IMG/VR virus record: IMGVR_UViG_3300038463_000730
Span: 186,001 to 250,000 of that record
Length of the DNA stretch: 64,000 nt
Strand: one strand, 5' to 3'
Every line of letters starts with the position of its first letter. The stretch's first letter is position 1. The notes below the pieces were generated by a model, which saw only the letters and a list, made by a program, of their open reading frames with translations, ran no database searches and had not been told where the DNA came from. A program made the position numbers and the translations under genes. Positions 1 to 9,050 of this stretch are shown piece by piece.

Positions 1-1510
1 CATTCTTTGCTGCAATAGCTGGCGCTTTTGGAAGTATTTCCTTCGTAAACCAATCAGCGAAACCAACTAGTGGACTAGTAGTATTCGATTGTGCTCCAGC
101 TTCACCGGTCGGACCCGGCCCGACTTTTTCTTTAATTTCACCTAGATACTTAAGAGCCGTATCCTGGTTCTTGCTAAGAACGTTCATTAGATTCTGGGTA
201 GCTTTCTCTACATCGCCCCAAGCGCCCCATCCACGAAAAACGTTCCCATACTGTTGCGAAATATGTTCCCCAACAATCATATAAATCGAGTTAGCTAGTT
301 TCCAACCTTCACGACACTTATCAGCTGCATCAACTAGCTGCTGAGCAGTAGAATTGGGTGAAAGATTACATGCCGCCGCGATCCCTGGCAGTTGAGCCTT
401 CAATTGCTCAACATAAAACCACTGACTACGATCTTCTTTGTTTGGATTGTTGCCTAACTCAGGAGCCTGACCTCTTGTGTCCTTCTGGAATTCCTCTTTT
501 AGATCTTCCGCTTCAGCTACAACGGCATTACCGGCCGCTTGGATCTTCTCTTGCGAATACCACATGTTCATTAGTAATTGGGTTGACCCTCCACCGAGAA
601 TGCCACCGATCGCGGCCCCCAATGCCCATGTCCCAAGACCAATGGCAGCAATCGTTGATCCAATTCCTCCCCCTCCGGCCGCAGCTCCACCTCCGGCAGC
701 GGCAGCACCGGCCCCAGCACCGGCAGCAGCCGGAGTAGTAGCGGCAGCCACACCACTATTCGCAATGAACCAGTCCGCTACTTGCGGAGCACCCCTTTGC
801 GCGAGCATTTTTAGTACTTGCTCTTCGGCTTCTTTCTGAGCAATGCCTTTGGCCGTGCGACTAGCAATCATTCTCTCGATTTCTTGCATGATCGCACCAG
901 GATTCTTATCCGGCACGGTCTTCGTGAGTTGGTAAATGGCCTTTACCAGCTGACCCATGATTTTGTCAGCTGCGGGGCCGAAAAAAGGGATAGCAGTTTT
1001 CTGCATTTCCTCCTTCTCTGCCAAGATCGTCTTCAATGCAGCCAATACCATTGTCTTCGACGCTAGTTTGCCGGTCGGTTCTTTCTCTACGACGTCTTTG
1101 ATCATTTTGTGTTGATCAAGTTTGTCTTCAACGACGCCAAGCTTGTCATGAGCCTCAGCCATTTCGACCGAACCAGCAGGGTGAGCGAATTCAAGCAGAG
1201 CTTCTCCGGTCTCCCCGTCCGTACCGTACATACGTACATAGTTCTGAGCCCTGACGTTCATGCGGAACTTCTCTTCCACACGCTCTGCCTCGGCAACGAG
1301 CCCCTTTACACGTAAGCCGAAACACAAACGAAGGATATCCTGGTTTAGGTTATCCGATGGAGCCAAACTAACATGACGTGGTGCCCTGGATAGGTTCCGC
1401 GCGGCTCGTTCTAGTCCGGATTCCTCTTTGATTAAATTCTTTTCTTTGGCGAGTTTGGTAAATTGCTGCATTACCTCACTCTGGCTTTCTGAAATGTGCT
1501 TATAAGTCAT
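1..1510 (-). CDS. Probable virion/internal-head protein with Gly/Ala-rich hydrophobic (glycine-zipper-like) segment; runs off the left edge (>=503 aa); absent from the ORF track
   Basis: Manual translation from ATG at 1510 (MTYKHISESQSEVMQQFTKLAKE...EMQKTAIPFFG...GIGSTIAAIGLGTWALGAAIGGILGGG...) is open to base 1 and carries KxA motifs like its neighbours. Confidence 0.75.
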   Translation of the reverse strand, partial: MTYKHISESQSEVMQQFTKLAKEKNLIKEESGLERAARNLSRAPRHVSLAPSDNLNQDILRLCFGLRVKGLVAEAERVEEKFRMNVRAQNYVRMYGTDGETGEALLEFAHPAGSVEMAEAHDKLGVVEDKLDQHKMIKDVVEKEPTGKLASKTMVLAALKTILAEKEEMQKTAIPFFGPAADKIMGQLVKAIYQLTKTVPDKNPGAIMQEIERMIASRTAKGIAQKEAEEQVLKMLAQRGAPQVADWFIANSGVAAATTPAAAGAGAGAAAAGGGAAAGGGGIGSTIAAIGLGTWALGAAIGGILGGGSTQLLMNMWYSQEKIQAAGNAVVAEAEDLKEEFQKDTRGQAPELGNNPNKEDRSQWFYVEQLKAQLPGIAAACNLSPNSTAQQLVDAADKCREGWKLANSIYMIVGEHISQQYGNVFRGWGAWGDVEKATQNLMNVLSKNQDTALKYLGEIKEKVGPGPTGEAGAQSNTTSPLVGFADWFTKEILPKAPAIAAKN

Positions 1511-1593
1511 AAGACGGGCTCCGTTCGGGGACAAAATCGATATTGATAGATCCGGGTCTTCCTATATACGTCAAATATAGCAGTTATGATAAG

Positions 1594-2463
1594 TTACTTG
1601 GCATTTTCACGCCGTATGCGAAGAATCACCTTCTCAGTTACTCCAAAATCTTTACCTACCTTACCGGCACCTCTTGGATCTGTCATGATTTGTTTAATCT
1701 GTTCATCGGTGAATACATGTTTGTTCGACGGTGCCTGTCCGATCGTGCGATGTGGAGGTAATGTTTCGAGCGTTCCGTTGCGCTTTAGACGCTGTCCATG
1801 CTTCATGCAATATAGTTCACCTTGGTATCTTAGATAATCCCGACCTCCACCAACCACATCACAATCAGGCGCATGGCACTTTCGCTTGCCTTCTGCAATT
1901 TCTTTCTCATGACGTTGTTTGGTTGTCTCTGCGATTGACTGAATACGTTTTCCCACAGTTTCTTCTGATTGAATACGACCGGTAAATACTTCTGAGAACT
2001 TTTGGCGCATTTCATCGGTATAAACTGTTGGATTTTTAATCTTTCCTTGACTTATATTATTGCAAGCTTCTTCGGAACGTATTCTGCCTTGACTCGGATG
2101 ACCGAGTTCTTCTATTTGGCGCAATGTTGCTTCACGTAATTTTTGTTTTGTAGACTCAGAATGAGCCGAAGAGCGACCCCCAGCTTTTAGGTTATAACCA
2201 AACTCATGGTTGCGTGTATCGTACTGTGTTATTAGCACCGCTTCTGTTTCATCGGCATCCTCACGAGTTTGACAAGTAGCAATTATTTCAAAAGTAAAAC
2301 TATCAACCCCATATTTATTCATGGCACGATGAATATACTGTCCGGTTTTTTCTGGATGTTTAGCAAAATAACAATGTTGCCTCCAACGATATTGATCTTT
2401 GTTAGACTGTCCGATGTAAACTTTGCTATTTATTGTATTTGTGATTTTATATAGATAATGCAT
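1594..2463 (-). mobile_element. Free-standing GIY-YIG homing endonuclease with NUMOD3-like repeats, a zinc module and C-terminal HTH
   Basis: HYLYKITNTINSKVYIGQS, GYNL..GG and HSESTKQKL motifs; start placed at ATG 2463 behind GGAGG. Confidence 0.88.
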
Positions 2464-2526
2464 AGTTGCCTCCACTAAACTAGTGGACAGCGTATTCTAT
2501 ATATCGACCTAATCCGAATTGTATAA

Positions 2527-3216
2527 TTAGAGCCAGAGATACTGCAAAGTTCCGTTAACCGGGCTCGGTGGCGCAATACAAAGCGCAACGGCTGGATGAT
2601 GCGGAGTAACTTGACGTGTCGTTAGTAAACCAAGTTCACTAACAAACAAGTTCGCATTCAATGGATAGACTTGGTTCGTCTCGTAAACGTCCGTTTCACC
2701 GATAAAGCGCTGAAACCATACCGCGATACGGCCAGCTCCGATTGTCGAGTCATCTCCAATGATATTTGGGATCTGGTAACGATAGTTAACAACCGCTCGA
2801 ATCGCATTCGGTTGTCCCGAGCCGATCGCATCGAAATTGAGCGGCGTTCCGGCTGGAAATGTCACCAGTCCGTTCCGAGCTGTCAAAACCAAGCTGATAC
2901 TGCTCGTAAAACTTGATTGGATAACGTTCGGGTTCTTGAGCGGCACGAGTACATCGATTGGGGTAACAAGCTGTCCGTTCGGACCCGGAACGCCCGTTGC
3001 CGGAACAATCACGAACTCATTCCATGATGGAGCGGTAAACGCTCGTGTACGGATCTCGTCGATTACGCCGATCGGCGCTCGACCATCACTAACTCCACAA
3101 ACAACCGTGTTTCCCGAGACGTTTAGCTGAGCAATCATGCCCGGTTCGAACTCGCTTGATGGATCTACTATAAAGCTGAATGGTAGAGCGTTTCCTGTTT
3201 GAATAATTCTAAGCAT
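2527..3216 (-). CDS. Beta-rich structural protein, possibly capsid decoration/cement-like
   Basis: Beta-strand/Gly-Pro composition (FEPGMIAQL..PIGVID..LFVSELGLLT); lies downstream of the protease/scaffold gene; function inferred from position. Confidence 0.45.
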   Translation of the reverse strand: MLRIIQTGNALPFSFIVDPSSEFEPGMIAQLNVSGNTVVCGVSDGRAPIGVIDEIRTRAFTAPSWNEFVIVPATGVPGPNGQLVTPIDVLVPLKNPNVIQSSFTSSISLVLTARNGLVTFPAGTPLNFDAIGSGQPNAIRAVVNYRYQIPNIIGDDSTIGAGRIAVWFQRFIGETDVYETNQVYPLNANLFVSELGLLTTRQVTPHHPAVALCIAPPSPVNGTLQYLWL

Positions 3217-3234
3217 ACCGTATATATACCGATA

Positions 3235-3669
3235 TTATCGCTCATCCTCGAAGTCTTTTAGCATTGATTCGACCTTATCAAGATCTTTTTCATCAATAAC
3301 TAGATCGTCCTTCGCTTCTGCACCTTCGAAATTGTTATGATCTTCCGCTTTGTAATCCTTGCGACGAAACGGAGTTCCGGTCTCGTGCAGACCCTTCTCT
3401 TCATTCGCAATTTCACTTTTCAGCTTCGAATCGCAATCCTGGCTAGCCAAGATCTCTAGGAATCTAGTTAGTTTACCAGCTTCTTTCCAGGCCTTGATTC
3501 GATCCAGTTTGTCTGCTGCGGTAGAAACAAGATCAATCGCTCTCGATATCTTTGTTGTTTCGAGCAAGTTTTCTGTTGCGTTCTTGGTAAGCAACTTACT
3601 CATCGAGTTACAGATCTCATCTTCTACGGATGTAGCAGCGAAGGCGCCTGGTTTTTTGAACGTATTCAT
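3235..3669 (-). CDS. Putative internal-head protein (paralog family with 3669-3884 and 3977-4642)
   Basis: EDEICNSM...AIDLVSTAADKLD helical module; LTKNA motif. Confidence 0.6.
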   Translation of the reverse strand: MNTFKKPGAFAATSVEDEICNSMSKLLTKNATENLLETTKISRAIDLVSTAADKLDRIKAWKEAGKLTRFLEILASQDCDSKLKSEIANEEKGLHETGTPFRRKDYKAEDHNNFEGAEAKDDLVIDEKDLDKVESMLKDFEDER

Positions 3670-3884
3670 TACTGCCCCGATCCGAATTTAGAGATTACCA
3701 ATGTAATGTACTCAGCCGCATCACCATATCCGGCCCGCTCGAAGATATCGGCTGCCGAATGAAGCATATCAATCGCTTCCATGGCTTCCTTCTCTATGTC
3801 AAGCTTTTCGTGACCGAATGTAGTATTGAGATTGGACATCATTGAGTTGGCCAACTCATCTTCGAGAGAAATCTTGTTTTTCAT
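3669..3884 (-). CDS. Putative internal-head protein (paralog)
   Basis: EDELANSM...AIDMLHSAADIFERAG; IEKEA motif; stop overlaps next start. Confidence 0.6.
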   Translation of the reverse strand: MKNKISLEDELANSMMSNLNTTFGHEKLDIEKEAMEAIDMLHSAADIFERAGYGDAAEYITLVISKFGSGQ

Positions 3885-3918
3885 ATGGTTCCTAATCTAA
3901 ATATAACCCCTCTAAAGA

Positions 3919-3957
3919 GAATGGAGAGCTTCGGTGATAGAAACCGGCTCTCCATTC
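3919..3957 (-). terminator. Stem-loop, probable terminator or processing hairpin
   Basis: GAATGGAGAGC (3919-3929) pairs with GCTCTCCATTC (3947-3957), with inner CGGT/ACCG; weak U-tract on the minus strand. Confidence 0.65.
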
Positions 3958-3976
3958 AAAGTTGCAGGGATGTGAG

Positions 3977-4642
3977 TTACTTCTTCTGAGCCTTCTCTTT
4001 TTCGAGCTTGGCTTTCTCTTTTTCTTTGCGAGCCTTATCATCGGCCTTGGCTTTATCAGCCTCTTCCTGCTTAAGTTTCTTGGCTTTCTCTTTGGCCTTC
4101 TGATCTTTGGCGTCCTGCTTATCCTTAAGCTTCTTAGCTTCCTCTTTGGTAAGCTTCTTTGCCTTGGCCTCTACTAGGATGTTATGTGCGAGCGTTAAGC
4201 TAAGTGCTGCTGTCTTATCAAGACCAGCCTCATCCAACACTTCAGACACTTTGCTGAGACTGTTAAGTGCTACTGCGATTGCCGTATTGAAGCCACCAAT
4301 CAGATCTTCTGCGCTGGCTTGATCATCGGCTTTGCATGAATCATCACATTCATGATCCTTTTCCATATCCTTTTTCTTACAACCCTTGGCTGCATGAACA
4401 TCATAAGGATCTCCGAAGCCTTTGGCGTCGTGCTTGTCCTCTTTGTCCTTTTTTGCGTCGTTGTCGTCCTTTTCCTTCTTTTTAAAAGGATTGGCGCGAG
4501 CGTCGTTGTCATCAACTTCATTGGCATCTTCTGCCTGACGCAACATGGCTGTCTTTGAGAACATTGATTCGAAATCTTTGCTCTTCATTAGTGCGTCCAT
4601 ATCGGCCGCAATCTGATACTCAAAACTGGTCGTCTTTTTCAT
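3977..4642 (-). CDS. Putative internal-head protein with Lys/Asp-rich repeats and a highly charged C-terminal helix
   Basis: FSKTA and LDKTA motifs; repeated DDNDA/DKHDA/DVHAA; SEVLDEAGLDKTA module. Confidence 0.6.
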   Translation of the reverse strand: MKKTTSFEYQIAADMDALMKSKDFESMFSKTAMLRQAEDANEVDDNDARANPFKKKEKDDNDAKKDKEDKHDAKGFGDPYDVHAAKGCKKKDMEKDHECDDSCKADDQASAEDLIGGFNTAIAVALNSLSKVSEVLDEAGLDKTAALSLTLAHNILVEAKAKKLTKEEAKKLKDKQDAKDQKAKEKAKKLKQEEADKAKADDKARKEKEKAKLEKEKAQKK

Positions 4643-4694
4643 TTTATCTCTCTAGTTAGTGAAATTGTCGGGTCGTTACCTACGGTTAGACCGA

Positions 4695-7600
4695 TTAGTA
4701 CTTACGACCAGCGAAGGCCTTTGTTAGACTCGAATATAGATCGTCTGGCTCTCCTGATGGGAGCTGAGCCGATATCGGGTCACCTGATCCGATCATTCCG
4801 ATCATTGGAACACGTGATGCTTCCTTCTTGATTGCACGTGAAGGAGCCATCGCAACAATACGCTTCAAACTATTGAATGACTCGTCGTTGTAGCTGAGGA
4901 TTTCCTCGACCTGGGCCGCGAGAACGGATGGTTCCGTTCCGCACATTCCACGGTCTGCCATCTGGTAGGCCATGTCATATGCGCGTGCAACCTTTACCTT
5001 GTAGTCCGAGATCTCTTTCTCAGCAGCAGCCTTAGCATGCTCCTTTACAAGACCCTTCGCGAACTCCGATCCACCGTCAACAGGCTTCCACATCTGCATG
5101 TAGTAAGCGACTGCCGCTGGATCCGCTCCATGAGCAACGAGGTTTGGAACTTCCTCGTGGGTAATGGCTCCGGCTTTCACCATCTTCAAGATTTCCTCTG
5201 CATCCTTGCGGACCTTCGGTGGCGCCTCGGCGACATCCATCATCTTCGAGTGGATCTCTTCGATCTTCTCGATCTTGCCAAGGTCTCCCTCTGGCTTGAC
5301 GTCGAGCTGAGTCGTGTCGTCCGTGTACTTGTGGAACTCGGCCAACATTGGATTCCATTTGATCGACTCAGTCGCAAGCTTCGCACGGTATGCCGTACGT
5401 CCCTCGCGTGTCGTCAAGTCAAACGTCGCTGTATTCTTGAGTTCGAATTTCGTATCTGCTGGAGCCTGTGGCAAACTACCAAGCTGGTCCTTTGTCACTG
5501 CCACAGTGTTACCATTGTTACTATCGCTGGCCGCTGCCATTGCATGCTCCTTGTGTTCGCCTTCTTCTAGATTGACCAACTCCTTTAGCTCAGCAAGAAT
5601 TTGCTGCTCGGCTGGGTTTCCTTCGTCGTCTCCCCGTGCTTCGAGAGACGCAACCGCCTCAAGTGACTCGGTTCCACGTGCATAACGGACAAATCCGTCA
5701 AGACATTCTGTTGCATCGGCAAGAACATGGTTCGCATCAGAGATCGTGTCAGTTGACAACGTATCGATGTAAGAACGATTCTCTTCCGTGACAGCCTTGT
5801 TATCGTACAAGTCCTTCACTAGGTGAAGCTCGTCGATCTGGTTCTGAACCAAATCAGCTGTCTTGCGCATGCTGGACAATAGCGTCTTGTGAATGTCGAA
5901 ACGCATTCTCGACAATGTCGCTGTCGCCGCTGGCATACCCTCGCCCGGCGCCATCGGCGCTTCGCCTTCCATCGTCGGAATCGTATTACTAAGTTCTTCT
6001 TTTACATCGGAAAGATTAGTAATGGCTTCATCAAGCTTCTCGACCATCTGCTCTGGTCCGGCTTTGCCATCTCCGCCCTTGTCCGCTGTCGCAAGATCGC
6101 CCATCGGTGCGCCGCCCATTTCGCCCGCTGGCGAAGGAGCCGGTCCTGCCGCACCCATCGGTGCCGCATCCATTCCGCCACCCGCTGGTGCAACTGGAGG
6201 CTCGGCCTTCTTGAACATAGCAATGGCGCTTTCGAAACCATCGGCCTTGACCTTCTTCAACATCGATGCTCCGAACTCTTTCGTTGCAATCGACTCGCCG
6301 AGGACATCTGCACGTCCACTTGACAACTCATTAACAGTTGCCGCGAAAACTAGTTTGTCATCCGCAAAAATCTGCCACTGGCTCGCTCCGAGATCGACTT
6401 CACCAGTTGATGGCTTAGCAGCCTTGATGAATTTCGCTCGTAACGTTGCACGCTGCAAAAGCTCCTTGCGCTTTAGCTCGTCCTTTGGATCCGCAGACGA
6501 TGGCGACGGGTGTAGACCGGTCGTGCTGCCAACTCCTGGGAACGGAGGCTGGCCTTCCATCTGCTTGTCACCCTTCATACGAGTTTTCTCGTTGAGAGGA
6601 TCAACATCATACTTCTCTTTGCCTGGTGTGGGCTCGTTTACGCCACCCGCACCCTGGAAGTATGCACGACGCTTCTCAAGGGTTTCCTTGACGCGGGCAA
6701 TCGCTTCCTTACGGCGCGTACTACGCTGATCTAGCTCGGCGCGCAGAAGCCTCTTCTTACGAGCCTCCTCGCTTTCACCGGCTGACTGCGGTCCCGGGTG
6801 CATACCCTCGACCGGACCAGTGTCCATCTGGCCTTCCATTTGTTTATCACCGTGAGTACGGAGCTTCTCGTTTAGAGGATCCTTCTCGTACTTTGGTGTT
6901 CCTGGACTTGGCTCGTTCACACCACCGGCACCCTGAAAATAGCTCTTTTTTTCCATTGTTGTTTCCCTTGACCCATCACCTAGATTTGACAATTTACGAA
7001 AGTCCTCTTCAATCTTTGCGAGTTTATGCTCGATATCACGTTTTAGTGATAGGAACTGGTTCTTTAATGCATCATTATTCTCAGAATTCGTAGATGCAAC
7101 GCGCAAAGCGTAAGGATTATTCAGCGCCGCTGGATCTTGATCCAACGGAACCTGGGTTGCATCGACTATCGATGAACCACTATTACTAAAGTTTGAGGAA
7201 TCCTGAACCTCGCCCTCGTCTCGACCATCAAACTCTCGGATGAGAGTGTCCAGACCTTCTTTAATATGACTTACAATCTGTTGTTTAATTTCGTTGACCT
7301 TTTCACTTGATGTGCCGGTCAATGACTTAAGTTCGCTCAACCCTGCATCGGCCTGACTGTTTAGAGTCCTGGCAGATGCTAGAATATGACGAATCTTAGC
7401 TTGTGGATCGGCACCGTTAACTACGATCGATAGCTCTAGTGGCTTTAGATCCAAGTTAATCTCGCCGTAACATGACTTGCTGGTCATATGCGAACAAAAG
7501 TCCGCTTCCGTACGCGCAACACGTCCACAATCACTACAGATTGCACGACCCACTGCCGTACCCATCGATACACATGTAGCGTACCCTGTAGAAACTTTTC

Positions 7601-8117
7601 TTGCTAATTCAGGGAACGAAACTTTATCAAGCGCACATAACGCAATAACGCGCTTGGCCTTGCGGTCGTAATATGTATCGATGATTACACCACGAATGTG
7701 ATCTACTGATCCAGACTTGTGATCGATACAGAGTGGGCATCCGACCCACTTCTTGTAAGCTTTAAGTAACTCTTCCTCTGGGAAGATGTCACCGTTCGAA
7801 TTCTTGTAAGGCATGACCGATGGATCATTAGATACCCATCGAAGCGATTCGCCATTCGTCGCCCAACCAGCTGTTACCGGAAGACCACTGGCTGTCTTCT
7901 TTGGTTTACCTTCCGGGTCAACCGTTGAAGCCTCGGCTGCATGCATCATGACAGCTGAGAAATAAAGAAAGTCATCTCCCTTTGGAGCGATTCGCTTCAA
8001 ACCAGTCGCTAACGACTTAATGCGACTCTCAAGCTCTGGATCTGCAAGCACCTTCTCGGGTGACTCAATATCTGATTCCAAAACCTGACCTATTTCAGCA
8101 AACTTGTAAAGGGTCAT
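4695..8117 (-). CDS. Prohead (capsid maturation) protease fused to a long scaffold-like/polyprotein region
   Basis: N-terminal NSNGDIFPEEEL..IDH..IRGVIID..VSMG..CSDCG..C.H..E.N....ELSIVVNGADPQAKI fits a herpes/HK97-fold phage head protease; followed by coiled coils and a duplicated ~70-aa repeat. Confidence 0.78.
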   Translation of the reverse strand: MTLYKFAEIGQVLESDIESPEKVLADPELESRIKSLATGLKRIAPKGDDFLYFSAVMMHAAEASTVDPEGKPKKTASGLPVTAGWATNGESLRWVSNDPSVMPYKNSNGDIFPEEELLKAYKKWVGCPLCIDHKSGSVDHIRGVIIDTYYDRKAKRVIALCALDKVSFPELARKVSTGYATCVSMGTAVGRAICSDCGRVARTEADFCSHMTSKSCYGEINLDLKPLELSIVVNGADPQAKIRHILASARTLNSQADAGLSELKSLTGTSSEKVNEIKQQIVSHIKEGLDTLIREFDGRDEGEVQDSSNFSNSGSSIVDATQVPLDQDPAALNNPYALRVASTNSENNDALKNQFLSLKRDIEHKLAKIEEDFRKLSNLGDGSRETTMEKKSYFQGAGGVNEPSPGTPKYEKDPLNEKLRTHGDKQMEGQMDTGPVEGMHPGPQSAGESEEARKKRLLRAELDQRSTRRKEAIARVKETLEKRRAYFQGAGGVNEPTPGKEKYDVDPLNEKTRMKGDKQMEGQPPFPGVGSTTGLHPSPSSADPKDELKRKELLQRATLRAKFIKAAKPSTGEVDLGASQWQIFADDKLVFAATVNELSSGRADVLGESIATKEFGASMLKKVKADGFESAIAMFKKAEPPVAPAGGGMDAAPMGAAGPAPSPAGEMGGAPMGDLATADKGGDGKAGPEQMVEKLDEAITNLSDVKEELSNTIPTMEGEAPMAPGEGMPAATATLSRMRFDIHKTLLSSMRKTADLVQNQIDELHLVKDLYDNKAVTEENRSYIDTLSTDTISDANHVLADATECLDGFVRYARGTESLEAVASLEARGDDEGNPAEQQILAELKELVNLEEGEHKEHAMAAASDSNNGNTVAVTKDQLGSLPQAPADTKFELKNTATFDLTTREGRTAYRAKLATESIKWNPMLAEFHKYTDDTTQLDVKPEGDLGKIEKIEEIHSKMMDVAEAPPKVRKDAEEILKMVKAGAITHEEVPNLVAHGADPAAVAYYMQMWKPVDGGSEFAKGLVKEHAKAAAEKEISDYKVKVARAYDMAYQMADRGMCGTEPSVLAAQVEEILSYNDESFNSLKRIVAMAPSRAIKKEASRVPMIGMIGSGDPISAQLPSGEPDDLYSSLTKAFAGRKY
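6447..6941 (-). repeat. Two copies of a ~70-aa repeat (YFQGAGGVNEP.PG..KY..DPLNEK.R..GDKQMEGQ...G.HP.P.SA...RK..L.RA) at ~6738-6941 and ~6447-6662
   Basis: Directly visible in the translation. Confidence 0.92.
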
Positions 8118-8329
8118 TACTTCTCCGAATTAGGATCGGCCTTCGGGGCAACTCTTGGCTGCACTGATGGCTTGACAAGTTTCGTTTGCTTTACAGCTAG
8201 CTTGGCCATGGCCAAACGACGATGTGTCATCAGGTCAACGTCTTCTTCATCATTACCCTTGCCCCAATCCAAGACCTCTTCCTTGTCTTCGACTACGATC
8301 GGTACAATTGCTCGTTTGATAAAAGGCAT
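8117..8329 (-). CDS. Small hypothetical protein
   Basis: GGAG RBS; stop overlaps the protease start; begins MPFIKRA. Confidence 0.6.
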   Translation of the reverse strand: MPFIKRAIVPIVVEDKEEVLDWGKGNDEEDVDLMTHRRLAMAKLAVKQTKLVKPSVQPRVAPKADPNSEK

Positions 8330-8428
8330 TAACTCTCCAACAATCCTATAAATCTATAACTGATTATTCCACTATTTTGACGTAATAGATGCGAATTTGT
8401 CAAATGTATTCTCGATTATTCCTATATT

Positions 8429-9049
8429 TCACTTCGTCTTACTAAGTTCCTGCTGCTGGGCATCGAAGAGTTTACTGTCGTATGGAACCTTCTCTTCAAT
8501 ATGGTTGTCACCGCCCGCTTCATCGACCCAGCTCTTAGCTAATATATCTGTCTCCAAATAAGATTGAATACGCTCGTCCACTATTTCTTTCAATTGGTCG
8601 ATCTCTTTGCTCATCGTGTCCAATGTCTTGACTGCGTTATCTTTGAAATCGTCCGCTTGCAAGTTGTTGAAATAGTCCTTGAATATACGAAACTGTTTCG
8701 ATACATCATCAATGCTCATGTTGAAAGACTTCATCAACTTTTCAACTTGTGTGTCGGACATGAATGTCATCATGATCTGCGCACAATGAAAAGCTGCTTC
8801 CTTCATGTTATCTAGGTTTTCCTCGGCACGATCGCGATAATCGCGGAACGTCCGGCGAAACTTCCAGATCTGTTCCGGAGTGATGTCCTGGTTCTCTTTG
8901 AATGGAATGAACATCTTCTGAAGATGGTCAGCGAATACATCAATAACCTTGATCAGTTTGCTGAACGCCGTAATAGCTTTCTCAGCTTGCATTTTTTCGA
9001 CATCCGAGATGTCGTAGTTCATTTGTGTTCGATATGATCTTTTTTGCAT
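8429..9049 (-). CDS. Helical-bundle hypothetical protein
   Basis: Start moved to ATG 9049 (MQKRSY), which removes the overlap with the upstream gene. Confidence 0.6.
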   Translation of the reverse strand: MQKRSYRTQMNYDISDVEKMQAEKAITAFSKLIKVIDVFADHLQKMFIPFKENQDITPEQIWKFRRTFRDYRDRAEENLDNMKEAAFHCAQIMMTFMSDTQVEKLMKSFNMSIDDVSKQFRIFKDYFNNLQADDFKDNAVKTLDTMSKEIDQLKEIVDERIQSYLETDILAKSWVDEAGGDNHIEEKVPYDSKLFDAQQQELSKTK

Positions 9050-9050
9050 G

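Noticed and set aside
6650-6950. YFQG resembles the TEV protease site ENLYFQ/G
   Set aside because: The upstream ENL is absent; better explained as the start of the internal repeat following a K/R-x-A/S site
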